Positions 1 to 9,229 are shown, counted from the stretch's first letter. The stretch is 64,000 nucleotides of DNA from Halorutilales archaeon Cl-col2-1 (GCA_041891055.1 CP169074.1:608001-672000); one strand, 5' to 3'. The notes: generated by a model from the sequence alone, not told the origin. Numbers and translations are program-made.

Positions 1-561
1 GAGGAGGGCGACTCCGAGTACAGATGGATAATCGATCCCCTCGACGGAACCACTAACTTCGTACACGGAGTACCCCATTACGCAGTCTCGATAGCCCTCG
101 AAGTCGACGGAGAGGTACAACACGGCGTTGTCTACCACACGCCGACCGACGACGTATACACCGCCTCGGAGGGCGAGGGTGCGTATTTAAACGGCGAAGA
201 GATTTCGGTCTCGTCGAACCCCGACCTGGAGGAGTCGGTGATAGCCACGGGATTTTCGCGCGAGTCGGTTGAAGACGAGGCTCTGATGTCGGCTCTCAGG
301 ACGGTTATAGCTGAGAGCCACGGTGTGAGACGGATGGGATCGGCGGCTACCGACCTCGTCCTAGTCGCATCGGGCGTCCTCGACGGATTCTACGAGAGGT
401 TCCTCAGTCCATGGGATATCGCCGCGGGGTCTCTTATAGTCGAGGAGGCGGGAGGTACGGTCACCGACCTCGAAGGTGGTGAGAGTTACTTCGAGACGGG
501 CGACATAGTAGCGACTAACACCGAGATACACAGACAGGTACTCGACCTCTACGAAGAATAA
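1..561 (+). CDS. suhB: inositol monophosphatase family protein (5'-truncated by window edge)
   Basis: Frame 1 from base 1 reads EEGDSEYRWIIDPLDGTTNFVHG..., continuing to WDIAAG; both are IMPase signatures. Confidence 0.92.
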   Translation, partial: EEGDSEYRWIIDPLDGTTNFVHGVPHYAVSIALEVDGEVQHGVVYHTPTDDVYTASEGEGAYLNGEEISVSSNPDLEESVIATGFSRESVEDEALMSALRTVIAESHGVRRMGSAATDLVLVASGVLDGFYERFLSPWDIAAGSLIVEEAGGTVTDLEGGESYFETGDIVATNTEIHRQVLDLYEE

Positions 562-586
562 GGAAGAACTTCTTCTCTACTCCTAC

Positions 587-1786
587 TTAGTCGGCGTCTG
601 CTGTCATGTCGTCCTGGCTCGCCGCGCAGTTGTTGGGACCGAGTTCGAGGTTTATCGCCTCTTCCTCGTCCTCTATCTCGTTCTGTCCGAGGTTGGTCTC
701 GATTATGTCGGTGTAGTTCGAGGGACGTGACGGCATGTCACTTAGGAGCGACTCGACGAAGTCTTCCTCGTCCATCTGTAGAACCGGGTTGACCTCCTTG
801 AGCTCTCCGACTGATGTCGTCATCGGCTCGGCGAACTCGACTCCGATCGCCTCTCCGTCGGCTCCCACAGAGAAATGTCCCGGGAGTATGTCGGTGTCGT
901 CGTCGAGCGAGAGTATCCTCTCATGTATCGTCTCGTACTGTCTGTGGGCGAAGTCTTCGGCACCCTCGTCTCCACCTTCGAGGTCGGGACGTCCTATCGA
1001 CTCAACGAAGATAGTGTCTCCCGTAGCGAGAGCCTCTCCGTTGATGAGGTAGTTCATTATATCGGTCGTGTGTCCCGGAGCGTGGACTCCCTCGATCTCT
1101 AGGTTCTCGCCGACCTCTAAGACCTCGCCGTCTCCTAGGGTATCGAAGTCACCCTCGGCGCCTCTCTCGGGGGCTCCCTCGGGGAGGTAGTAAGTAGCGC
1201 CGACCTCATGTGCGAGGTCTTCTCCTCCCGAGAGATGGTCAGCGTGGATATGTGTGTCGAGAACGTGTGTTATCTCGTAGCCGTTTTCGTCTGCGATGTC
1301 AGTGAACTCGTCTGTGTGCTGTGTCGCGTCTATGACGACGGCATTACCCGACTTCTTGTCTCCCACGACGTAGCTCAGACAGCCCTTCGCGCGTCTCTGT
1401 ACCTGCTTGACATCGAGGTCGTCGTCACCTATGTCGATGTCGACAACATCGTAGACCGCGCTCCACGCCTCCATGCCGCCCTCGACGTTGTAGACGTTGT
1501 CGTGTCCTCTCTCGTCCATCATGTCGGCGGCGTATCCCGAAGATCCGCCCTTGGCACAGACCATGTAGACGGGCTTGTCCTCGGAAATCTCGTCGGCGTA
1601 CTCGTCGGGCTCTTCCTCTATGTCCATGAAAGGAATGTTCTCCGAACCCGGAATCCTCCAGTCCTCAAACTCGTCCTCGAAACGTACATCGACTATACTG
1701 ATGTCTTCCCCCGCGTCGATCTTGTCTCTGAGCTCCTCGGCAGTTATGCTTCTGTCGGCTTCTCTCTTATCAACGTTGGATGTCAA
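587..1786 (-). CDS. rhodanese + metallo-beta-lactamase-fold fusion (persulfide dioxygenase-like)
   Basis: N-terminal rhodanese (IVDVR, active loop CAKGGSS), MBL motif THIHADH, APGHT, C-terminal LGPNNCA; TTG start. Confidence 0.88.
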   Translation of the reverse strand: MTSNVDKREADRSITAEELRDKIDAGEDISIVDVRFEDEFEDWRIPGSENIPFMDIEEEPDEYADEISEDKPVYMVCAKGGSSGYAADMMDERGHDNVYNVEGGMEAWSAVYDVVDIDIGDDDLDVKQVQRRAKGCLSYVVGDKKSGNAVVIDATQHTDEFTDIADENGYEITHVLDTHIHADHLSGGEDLAHEVGATYYLPEGAPERGAEGDFDTLGDGEVLEVGENLEIEGVHAPGHTTDIMNYLINGEALATGDTIFVESIGRPDLEGGDEGAEDFAHRQYETIHERILSLDDDTDILPGHFSVGADGEAIGVEFAEPMTTSVGELKEVNPVLQMDEEDFVESLLSDMPSRPSNYTDIIETNLGQNEIEDEEEAINLELGPNNCAASQDDMTADAD

Positions 1787-1879
1787 TGTTTAACAACCCC
1801 ACCTGGCAAGAACTAACACGGTATGATTTATAAACCTTCCTCATATCTGAGGGAGACTACGTGGGTAGTAGCTGTCTCG

Positions 1880-2329
1880 TCACAAGTGCGACGCCACGAG
1901 ACCGACTCCGACTGCGACGAGGACGACTCCGTTTAGCTTGACGGATAGACTGTGATACCTCTCGAAAGCGTCGGTGTCGGGGTCTTCGCGTGACTTGTCG
2001 TTCCCCTTTATCTTGGGAATCAGAACCTGGCGCGCATAGAGGTTAAGTACCCCGCCGACGCCACCCGCTCCGACGACTAAGATGAGGGGAGTCGAGAAAC
2101 CATCGACTACGCCGAGAGCGACCGACGAGACGACCGTGACTGAGCCGAGGACTACACCTATGAAGTAGTAGGCTGGGAATATCGAGTTAACTACGTCACC
2201 GGCTCTATCGCGTTCAAGCTCCCCGAATATACGTGGTGCGGCGACGAAGGAGAAGAAGACTATCTCGCCGAGCCAGACCCCTAGCGACGTGTCGATCACA
2301 AGACTCAGGAGGCTTTCTATGTATGTCAT
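1880..2329 (-). CDS. DUF4149/TMEM205-like 4-TM membrane protein
   Basis: FFSFVAAPRIF, IFPAYY and FERYHSLS motifs; four hydrophobic segments. Confidence 0.75.
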   Translation of the reverse strand: MTYIESLLSLVIDTSLGVWLGEIVFFSFVAAPRIFGELERDRAGDVVNSIFPAYYFIGVVLGSVTVVSSVALGVVDGFSTPLILVVGAGGVGGVLNLYARQVLIPKIKGNDKSREDPDTDAFERYHSLSVKLNGVVLVAVGVGLVASHL

Positions 2330-2423
2330 CGCTTACTCATACTAACCTAGAGTATGTTCGGTCTTAGTCTTTGGTATGGGTTACAAGCCAAGGTCTTATG
2401 CTTTACTACGCCGAAACTTCCAT

Positions 2424-3374
2424 ATGTTTGTCGGACACGCGGCTCTGGCGTTTGCGGTTGCGGCTGGGGTCACTGTCGCCGCGGGATGGGATCGTGACAA
2501 AGCCCTCAGGCTCGGCGTCGTAGCCGCGGCTTTTGGCGCTGTTCCCGACGTCGACATGGCCTACGCTGTCTTGGGATTCCTGGGTTCCGGAAGCATCTGG
2601 GGTGGCGTCGAGTCGTTCTGGGAGCACTCGACAGTGACACACAGAGGTATAACTCACTCCCTAATCGTGGGTACCGTCGCTGCGTTCGGGTTCGGAGCCG
2701 CCGCGAGAAGTCTCCTCGTCTCCACGGTCGTGCTCGGGTCACTCGTCGTCGGAGGCGTGGCTCTGGGCGGTTCGTTAACAGGAGGCGTCGCTCTCCTGTT
2801 CGGTTTAGTAGGCGGGGGAATCGGTGTCGTAGCCTCGCGCGAGTTCACGGCGCGAACCGTTACGGGAGCGGCAGTATTGGGCTTAATCACGCACCCCTTC
2901 GGAGACATCTTCACGGGTGAGACTCCGGATTTCGTCTATCCGCTCGGTTTCGAGTTGTTCGAAGACCGTGTCGTCCTCGTCTCCGACGCGACACTGAACC
3001 TACTGGGAGTCTTCCTCTTAGAGCTGTCTGTAATCTGGCTCGGCGTCTACGTGTACAGCCGTCTCAGACGAAGATCCGTGAGGTCCGACATCGACTTACG
3101 AGCACTCGCGGGTGTCTTCTACGTCTTAGCAGTCCCGGTAATTTCTCCACCGACACTCGACAGATCGTACCACTTCGTCTTCACAGCCGTCTCGGTCGGA
3201 GTCGTCGGCAGTCTCCCGCTGAGTACGAGTACACTTCCCTCATCGGTGTCGGATAACGAACTCAAGAACCCCATTGGGATCGACGCCGACTCTGTCTACT
3301 CCGCGACAGTCACCGGACTCACCGGAGTGACAGTAGCTGTCCTCGCGTACGCAGTCGGTTACATAGCTGTCTGA
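2424..3374 (+). CDS. membrane-bound metal-dependent hydrolase (YdjM/DUF457 family)
   Basis: MFVGH, PDVD, HRGITHS and HPFGD motifs; likely start ATG 2424. Confidence 0.85.
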   Translation: MFVGHAALAFAVAAGVTVAAGWDRDKALRLGVVAAAFGAVPDVDMAYAVLGFLGSGSIWGGVESFWEHSTVTHRGITHSLIVGTVAAFGFGAAARSLLVSTVVLGSLVVGGVALGGSLTGGVALLFGLVGGGIGVVASREFTARTVTGAAVLGLITHPFGDIFTGETPDFVYPLGFELFEDRVVLVSDATLNLLGVFLLELSVIWLGVYVYSRLRRRSVRSDIDLRALAGVFYVLAVPVISPPTLDRSYHFVFTAVSVGVVGSLPLSTSTLPSSVSDNELKNPIGIDADSVYSATVTGLTGVTVAVLAYAVGYIAV

Positions 3375-3468
3375 AACACCCGGTCGCTGAAGGGTGCAAG
3401 TAGAATAGTGTTGAGATCGATCAAAGAATTCATACACGGTTGGCAAGATACCCCAGAATTGTGTCTCA

Positions 3469-3630
3469 ATGACCTCCATCAACGATCCGAAAGTCCAAAG
3501 AGACGTGTACATCGTCGTCGCCTTCTTTACCACACTTTCAGTGATTGGTCTCCCGGTAGGCGCGTTCTTAGCCTATCGAGCATTCCAGATTCATCGGTCA
3601 CTCCCCGACGATGATGACGATAGCCAGTAA
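3469..3630 (+). CDS. 53-aa single-TM micro-protein (not in ORF track)
   Basis: MTSINDPKVQRDVYIVVAFFTTLSVIGLPVGAFLAYRAFQIHRSLPDDDDDSQ*; hydrophobic core and acidic tail typical of halophile proteins. Confidence 0.55.
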   Translation: MTSINDPKVQRDVYIVVAFFTTLSVIGLPVGAFLAYRAFQIHRSLPDDDDDSQ

Positions 3631-3787
3631 GGAGTAACTCACTCATTCGTACAGACCGATCACACCTTCCCGCAGATCAAACTCGGTTCGTACCACATTT
3701 GCTCACTGTACTGAACGATGCGTGCGTTCCCTATATTGAACGAACCAATCCAGAATATATCATTTTCTGAGGATTTCAACAGAGCTA

Positions 3788-4147
3788 CTATGTACTAATC
3801 GTCACCTGACCATCGTTATCGATGCCAATCGTTGTTGCAGAATCATCGCTTGGGAATGTGTATGTCTTCACGGTAGTGTTCCCATCAACGGACACTGCGA
3901 CCTCATACTCACCGTTTTCGCTAAAGGAGTCCAGTTGGGTATCTGACTCAGCGTCGAGTGTTCGACCTGCTGAATAGACTAATCCTCCGCCCTTCGTGAT
4001 TTCAACGACAACTGCGTGGCTGATGTCATCCTGATTAACAAGATAGACGGTGTCGGTTGGACTACTGCTGTTCTGGAGTGCAGTACAACCTGCGGAGATG
4101 ACCAGTAAACCTAGCAAAAGGCTGAGTGCGGTCTTTCTAAGAATCAC
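3788..4147 (-). CDS. small secreted lipoprotein, beta-rich
   Basis: Basic N-terminus, hydrophobic stretch and lipobox ISAG-C; lower-GC codon usage. Confidence 0.7.
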   Translation of the reverse strand: MILRKTALSLLLGLLVISAGCTALQNSSSPTDTVYLVNQDDISHAVVVEITKGGGLVYSAGRTLDAESDTQLDSFSENGEYEVAVSVDGNTTVKTYTFPSDDSATTIGIDNDGQVTIST

Positions 4148-4251
4148 ACGATCATGTTACCTATAAGTCAGAAAAGCGTTCCCATTTCTATCGGTCGCTA
4201 CCAATTCTGTCTGAACCCAAGACCGATTAAGGCTCGGTTCGAATCTACGAC

Positions 4252-4866
4252 ATGGAGATTGGCGACGTAGGTATCTTACGAGGTTCGGGAAGACTCAACA
4301 CAACGGTCTCGTGGCTTCTCATACTCTTCGTCTTGGGAGTCGCGAGTGTGAGTCTTCTTAGGGGCGAACTCCTGTGGTCGGGACTCGTCTTAGCCGTCGC
4401 CGTTGTGAGCGTCTATCCCTCCGTGAGGTACAGGAACGTGTCTGCAGTCATACACTGGAAGATACTCCTACTCGCTCTTCTTCCGGTAGTCGGTCAGACC
4501 GTCGGGGCACCTTTCCTCACGACACGTCTCGGAACTTACATCTCGGTTGCGGCTGTCGCCCTAATCGTCGTGGCTGAGATACGTGTCTTTACCTCGACAA
4601 AAATTCCCGACTATCTCACGGCTGTACTCGTAGCCGTCGCCACGGTCGCCTCAGCAGGCATCTGGGGCGTCGTCAGCTGGCTCTCCGACGTCTACCTCGG
4701 GACATCGATGGTGCCGACGGAAGAGGATCTGATGTGGGGTTTCGTCACGGCGACAGCCGCGGGACTAGTCGCCGGAGTAAGCCTAACCTTCTACTTCCGG
4801 CGTGGAGGCTCCAATCCACACTCCTCGAAAAAGGAAGAGAAGGAGGTAGGACATGGAGAGACGTGA
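4252..4866 (+). CDS. multi-pass membrane protein (paired with the downstream gene)
   Basis: About 6 TM segments; overlaps the start of the next gene. Confidence 0.7.
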   Translation: MEIGDVGILRGSGRLNTTVSWLLILFVLGVASVSLLRGELLWSGLVLAVAVVSVYPSVRYRNVSAVIHWKILLLALLPVVGQTVGAPFLTTRLGTYISVAAVALIVVAEIRVFTSTKIPDYLTAVLVAVATVASAGIWGVVSWLSDVYLGTSMVPTEEDLMWGFVTATAAGLVAGVSLTFYFRRGGSNPHSSKKEEKEVGHGET

Positions 4867-5494
4867 CAGATTAATGTCGGAGAGTTCACAGGCACGTATA
4901 AGCAGAGGAATGCAGATTCTACTCGTCATCGTAGCTGTCTACGGACTCCACCGGAGGAGCGTAGGAACCGTGATCAACAGTCTCGTGGGTCTGGTTATAA
5001 CTTTCTTGCCCTCTGCTCTCGAACGCGACTACGAGATACCCATGGACGCGAGGCTAACGCTCTGGATAACTAGCGCGATCTTCCTCCACGCAGTCGGAAC
5101 ACTCGGCCCCTACTCCTCGGTATGGTGGTGGGATCACGTCACTCACACCCTCTCAGCCGCAGTAGTCGCAGGGGCGGGATACTCGACGGTTCGCGCTCTC
5201 GACATACACTCAGACGAAGTCGAGATACCGCCGCGGCTGACGTTCGTGTTCGTCCTGGTCTTCGTGGTCGCCTTCGGTGTCACATGGGAGGTTCTGGAGT
5301 TCGGTGTCGAGAAAGTCGGAGAGGCGACATGTCAGACCCTTCTGACCCAGTACAGCCTCGAAGACACCATGAAAGACCTGATATTCGACATAGTGGGGGG
5401 TGTGATCGTCGGAATCTGGGGCACGGCTTACCTCACCGACGTCATAGGAGGTATAACGAGTCTCCTCGAAGACAGGGAAGAGAAGAGAGAATAG
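4853..5494 (+). CDS. DUF2238-like membrane protein with putative metal-binding His/Glu/Asp residues
   Basis: FLHAVG, WWDHVTH, WEVLEF and DTMKDL motifs. Confidence 0.72.
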   Translation: MERRDRLMSESSQARISRGMQILLVIVAVYGLHRRSVGTVINSLVGLVITFLPSALERDYEIPMDARLTLWITSAIFLHAVGTLGPYSSVWWWDHVTHTLSAAVVAGAGYSTVRALDIHSDEVEIPPRLTFVFVLVFVVAFGVTWEVLEFGVEKVGEATCQTLLTQYSLEDTMKDLIFDIVGGVIVGIWGTAYLTDVIGGITSLLEDREEKRE

Positions 5495-5499
5495 AGGGA

Positions 5500-5607
5500 T
5501 CAGTACTTCTTGCCGCACCGGTCACATCTCCTTTTCCGACATCCCACCCTCATCTCGGGCATCGGTTCATTCTCCTCGTTCTTCGTGCATCTCGGACACA
5601 GTGCCAT
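5500..5607 (-). CDS. 35-aa one-domain zinc-finger micro-protein
   Basis: MALCPRCTKNEENEPMPEMRVGCRKRRCDRCGKKY*; two CxxC pairs. Confidence 0.55.
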   Translation of the reverse strand: MALCPRCTKNEENEPMPEMRVGCRKRRCDRCGKKY

Positions 5608-5655
5608 GTCTGATAATCCCACAAATGCCTAAAATATCCCAAGTATATGACCTGT

Positions 5656-5760
5656 ATGGATTCCGCCCCGGAACCAGACACCGAACGTGGCTGTCCGAAA
5701 TGTGGTCACACAGAGACTGAAAGCCGAAAAAGCATATCGCGACACCGACAACAGCCGTGA
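5656..5760 (+). pseudogene. truncated CPxCG zinc-ribbon ORF (single CPKCG, 34 aa)
   Basis: MDSAPEPDTERGCPKCGHTETESRKSISRHRQQP*; the second Cys pair is missing. Confidence 0.4.
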
Positions 5761-5822
5761 GAGATAACAAGTGTGGATGTTCGACAGGGATATCAGACTG
5801 AGACTCCTTAGGAAAACACACG

Positions 5823-6872
5823 ATGACACCTCTTGAGATAAGTCTCCGTATCGCCGCGGGTCTTCTCCTTATCCTCGCCAACGGCTTCTTCGTAGCCATC
5901 GAGTTCGCTCTGACACGTGCGCGGCAGTTCAGTGAGAAGGAGTTCATCGACGGGGACTCCGCCCTCGAAAGAGCGTGGGAGATGACACAGAACCTAGAGA
6001 TATACCTAACGACGTGTCAGGTCGGCATTACGGCGTCGAGTATCGCTGTTGGTATCGTCGCAGAGCCCGCTCTCGCGGCTCTCTTCGAGCCCTACTTCGT
6101 CGGCACGCCTCTGGCTTCGATAGGAGCAGGTGCGATCATCGCATTCGGTATTATCAATCTCCTACATCTCACTCACGGAGAACAGACGCCGACCTACCTC
6201 GGTGTCGAACGGTCAAGAATGGTCTGTCGGTACGGCGCAGGACCTCTCTACTGGTTCAACCGTCTGATCTCGCCTCTCATAACCTTCGGCGACTGGATCG
6301 CTAAGGCGACACTCAAGGTCTTCGGGATCGAGATGACGGGTGCGTGGCTTGAAACAGAGGAGGAGGTTCTCGAATCACGTGCACAGCTACGTAACCGGCT
6401 CTACTCGCTCCTAGAGGAGGGTGAGATTCCCGAGGAAAGACGTGAGGAAGTCCTCGGAGCCTTAGACGCCGACGAAATTACGATCAACGAGATAATGGTT
6501 CCGAAAGACGAGATCGTATTCCTGTCGACGGCTGATTCTCCCGAGGAGAACCTCGATCGGATACGCAAAACACCCCACACTCGGTTTCCGGTCGTGGGTG
6601 AGGAGGCGACTGACTTCCACGGAATCGTGTATCTCCCCTCAGTCATGGAGCATCTCGACGAACTCAGATCGGGAAGTCTCTCGTTCACCGAGATCGCGGC
6701 ACCCCCGATGACTCTTTCGGCGGATACTAACGTGAGTGACGCGTTCGACCAGTTCCAGGCGGAGGATCAGGAGCTAGCCCTCGTAATCGAAGACGGTGTA
6801 GTCGTGGGACTTCTGACCGCGACCGACGCACTCGAAGCCGTGATGGGTGAGCTCGAAGATCCTCTAGATTAA
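5823..6872 (+). CDS. CNNM/hemolysin-family (CorC/HlyC) DUF21 + CBS pair protein
   Basis: LANGFFVAIEFAL, CQVGIT, GEQTP, HTRFPV and a C-terminal CBS pair. Confidence 0.9.
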   Translation: MTPLEISLRIAAGLLLILANGFFVAIEFALTRARQFSEKEFIDGDSALERAWEMTQNLEIYLTTCQVGITASSIAVGIVAEPALAALFEPYFVGTPLASIGAGAIIAFGIINLLHLTHGEQTPTYLGVERSRMVCRYGAGPLYWFNRLISPLITFGDWIAKATLKVFGIEMTGAWLETEEEVLESRAQLRNRLYSLLEEGEIPEERREEVLGALDADEITINEIMVPKDEIVFLSTADSPEENLDRIRKTPHTRFPVVGEEATDFHGIVYLPSVMEHLDELRSGSLSFTEIAAPPMTLSADTNVSDAFDQFQAEDQELALVIEDGVVVGLLTATDALEAVMGELEDPLD

Positions 6873-6883
6873 AAGCTGCATCT

Positions 6884-6945
6884 GTTTAGCGAAGCCTCGG
6901 GCGGGATTTGAACGCCGGTCAGTTCCTTCCCTAGTTCAGACCGCT
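6884..6945 (-). repeat. duplicated tRNA-Thr 3' end (30 bp) + 20-nt core + degenerate inverted T-arm copy
   Basis: GTTTAGCGAAGCCTCGGGCGGGATTTGAAC at 6884-6913 is identical to 6964-6993. Confidence 0.9.
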
Positions 6946-6972
6946 TGAGGCACGCTAAACTCGGTTTAGCGA

Positions 6973-7045
6973 AGCCTCGGGCGGGATTTGAACCCGCGAA
7001 CCTCGTCATTACCAATGACGCGCTCTACCTCTGAGCTACCGAGGC
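6973..7045 (-). tRNA. tRNA-Thr(GGT)
   Basis: Acceptor stem GCCTCGG/CCGAGGC, anticodon arm CGTCA-TTGGTAA-TGACG, GGTTCAAATCC T-arm; no encoded CCA. Confidence 0.97.
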
Positions 7046-7155
7046 GCAGCTTCGAGTAGGGGGTTCGGCGTAAAGAAGATTTTTATTTGGATCAGGGTGC
7101 CAAAAAGTCATGAAAAATCAGATAGATATAAATAAGATTAGCCACAGGAACAATA

Positions 7156-7476
7156 ATGAAGAAAGCAAAAACAGGGGATAGCATGCCGAGGATAATAAAG
7201 AAAGGTCTCGAAGAACGTGAGGACGCATGGCTCGTGAAGCTAGACGAACCCGCCGAGGTAGAGCATCCGGTGTGTTCAGCGGTAGACAACGTAATGACAG
7301 TAGAGACCGAGTACTTCGTGGTCGACGAGAAGGAGTCATACGGTGACGACGTCGAGGTATGTGCGTTCCCCTCGGACGAGGAGGGTTCGATATCTACCTT
7401 CCTTGAGGTCGCGGGAGGACTCAACAAGACACACGAGGACGTCGTCGGCGAGCTTCGGAACCTGAGTGGCTCGTAG
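7156..7476 (+). CDS. hypothetical acidic protein
   Basis: Open frame with host-like codons; AT-rich promoter-like sequence upstream; start may be ATG 7183. Confidence 0.6.
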   Translation: MKKAKTGDSMPRIIKKGLEEREDAWLVKLDEPAEVEHPVCSAVDNVMTVETEYFVVDEKESYGDDVEVCAFPSDEEGSISTFLEVAGGLNKTHEDVVGELRNLSGS

Positions 7477-7533
7477 GAGTCCTGTATCCGGGAGTATAGC
7501 AAGCTTTTTGTCTCCTAGCTTTCCGTCTTCTGT

Positions 7534-8022
7534 ATGACCAAGAGAAGAGACCTGATAGAGGCATTATCTAAGAACGCGCGTCTGTCTTCTGAGGATCTAG
7601 CGCGTCTCACGGGTCTCGACGAGGACAGGGTCGAGAGCCTCATAGAGGAGATGGAGGACGAGGGTATCATACGTGGCTACCAGGCTATAGTCGACTGGGA
7701 GGAGATAGAGGGCGAGTACGTCAGGGCTATGATAGAGCTCAACGTCACACTCGACCGTGAGACGAGCTACGACGACGTCGCTCGGCGTATAAGCAAGTTC
7801 TCGAAGGTACATTCGCTCAAGCTCGTGAGCGGCAACTACGACTTCGCCTTAGAAGTCGAGGCGGAGTCAATGGCTGAGATCTCGAACTTCGTGAGCGAGA
7901 AGATCGCTCCGGTTCCCGAGGTCACACAGACCGTCACCCATCTCATAATGAGGACTTACAAGGAGGGAGGAACCGAACTGACCGACTCACACGACGACGA
8001 CCGGCTTTCGGTCTCACCCTAA
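7534..8022 (+). CDS. Lrp/AsnC family transcriptional regulator
   Basis: N-terminal HTH (NARLSSEDLA...GIIRGY) and RAM domain (VSGNYDF). Confidence 0.92.
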   Translation: MTKRRDLIEALSKNARLSSEDLARLTGLDEDRVESLIEEMEDEGIIRGYQAIVDWEEIEGEYVRAMIELNVTLDRETSYDDVARRISKFSKVHSLKLVSGNYDFALEVEAESMAEISNFVSEKIAPVPEVTQTVTHLIMRTYKEGGTELTDSHDDDRLSVSP

Positions 8023-8042
8023 CTAATTACGGAGGACAGAAG

Positions 8043-9185
8043 ATGGACATATCCGAAAGGGCGAGACAGGTTCCTCCGTCGGGAATCCGTCGTTTCTTCG
8101 AACTCGCAGAGGAGATGGACGACGTCATATCCCTCGGAGTCGGGGAGCCCGACTTCTCAGCGCCGTGGTCGGCGAGGGAGGCGGCGATAGAGTCGCTAGA
8201 ACGCGGACAGACCTCGTACACTACGAACAGAGGAAAACGTGAGCTACGTGAGGCGGTATCCCGGAAGGTCTCGGAGTACGGTCTCGAATACGCAGCCGAC
8301 GACGAGATACTCGTGACTACGGGAGTGAGTGAGGCTGCCGATCTCGCTCTGAGAGCCCTCGTCGACCCGGGCGACACAGTCGCAGTCGCCGAGCCGTCGT
8401 ACGTCTCTTACGTCCCGGGAGTGATATTCTCAGGGGGTGAGCCTCTCAGGATTCCGACGCGTCTTGAGAACGACTTCAAGCTACGTTACGAAGACCTCGA
8501 AGAAGCGGGTGCCGAAGACGCCGAGGTTCTCATAATCTGTTACCCCAACAACCCCACAGGGGCCGTGATGACTGAGGAAGAACTGAGGGAAGTAGCCGAC
8601 TTCGCGCGCGAGAACGACATAACTGTCGTCTCCGACGAGGTCTACGCCGACCTGACGTACGGGGGAAAAGACGGGGGAGACCACGCCTCGATAGCGACTC
8701 TCGACGGCATGAGAGAACGCACCGTAGTATTCAACGGCTTCTCGAAGGCTTATGCGATGACAGGTCTACGTCTCGGCTACGCACTCGGTCCCTCAGAGGT
8801 CATCGACGCGATGAACCGGATACACCAGTACACGATGCTCTCGGCTCCGACGACGGCGCAGTACGCAGCGATCGATGCCCTCGAATCGTGTGATGACGAC
8901 GTCGCTGAGATGAGACGTGAGTACAACAGGAGACGGCGTTATGTCCTCTCGCGTTTCGAGGAGATGGGCATCGACTGTTTCACCGCCGAGGGTGCCTTCT
9001 ATCTCTTCCCCGAGTCGCCCTACGACGACGAGGAGTTCGCCGAGGATCTTCTCAAGGAGAAGAAGGTCGCTGTCGTTCCGGGTAGGGTATTCGGTGAGAG
9101 TGGCGAGGGTCATCTACGTGTCTCATACGCCACGGGTCTCGACGAGCTCAAAGAGGCTCTCGACAGGATAGAGGAGTTCATATAA
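8043..9185 (+). CDS. PLP-dependent class I/II (aspartate-type) aminotransferase
   Basis: SLGVGEPDF, YPNNPTG, SDEVY, GFSKAYAMTGLRLG. Confidence 0.93.
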   Translation: MDISERARQVPPSGIRRFFELAEEMDDVISLGVGEPDFSAPWSAREAAIESLERGQTSYTTNRGKRELREAVSRKVSEYGLEYAADDEILVTTGVSEAADLALRALVDPGDTVAVAEPSYVSYVPGVIFSGGEPLRIPTRLENDFKLRYEDLEEAGAEDAEVLIICYPNNPTGAVMTEEELREVADFARENDITVVSDEVYADLTYGGKDGGDHASIATLDGMRERTVVFNGFSKAYAMTGLRLGYALGPSEVIDAMNRIHQYTMLSAPTTAQYAAIDALESCDDDVAEMRREYNRRRRYVLSRFEEMGIDCFTAEGAFYLFPESPYDDEEFAEDLLKEKKVAVVPGRVFGESGEGHLRVSYATGLDELKEALDRIEEFI

Positions 9186-9229
9186 GTACATAACACAAGC
9201 CTTAATCTCCGATCCGACGATGTAGAACC

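Noticed and set aside
6884-6993. Integrated provirus between attL and attR at tRNA-Thr (likewise at tRNA-Lys)
   Set aside because: The repeats are only 80 bp and 66 bp apart with no integrase or cargo; at most a scar, treated as a finding instead.
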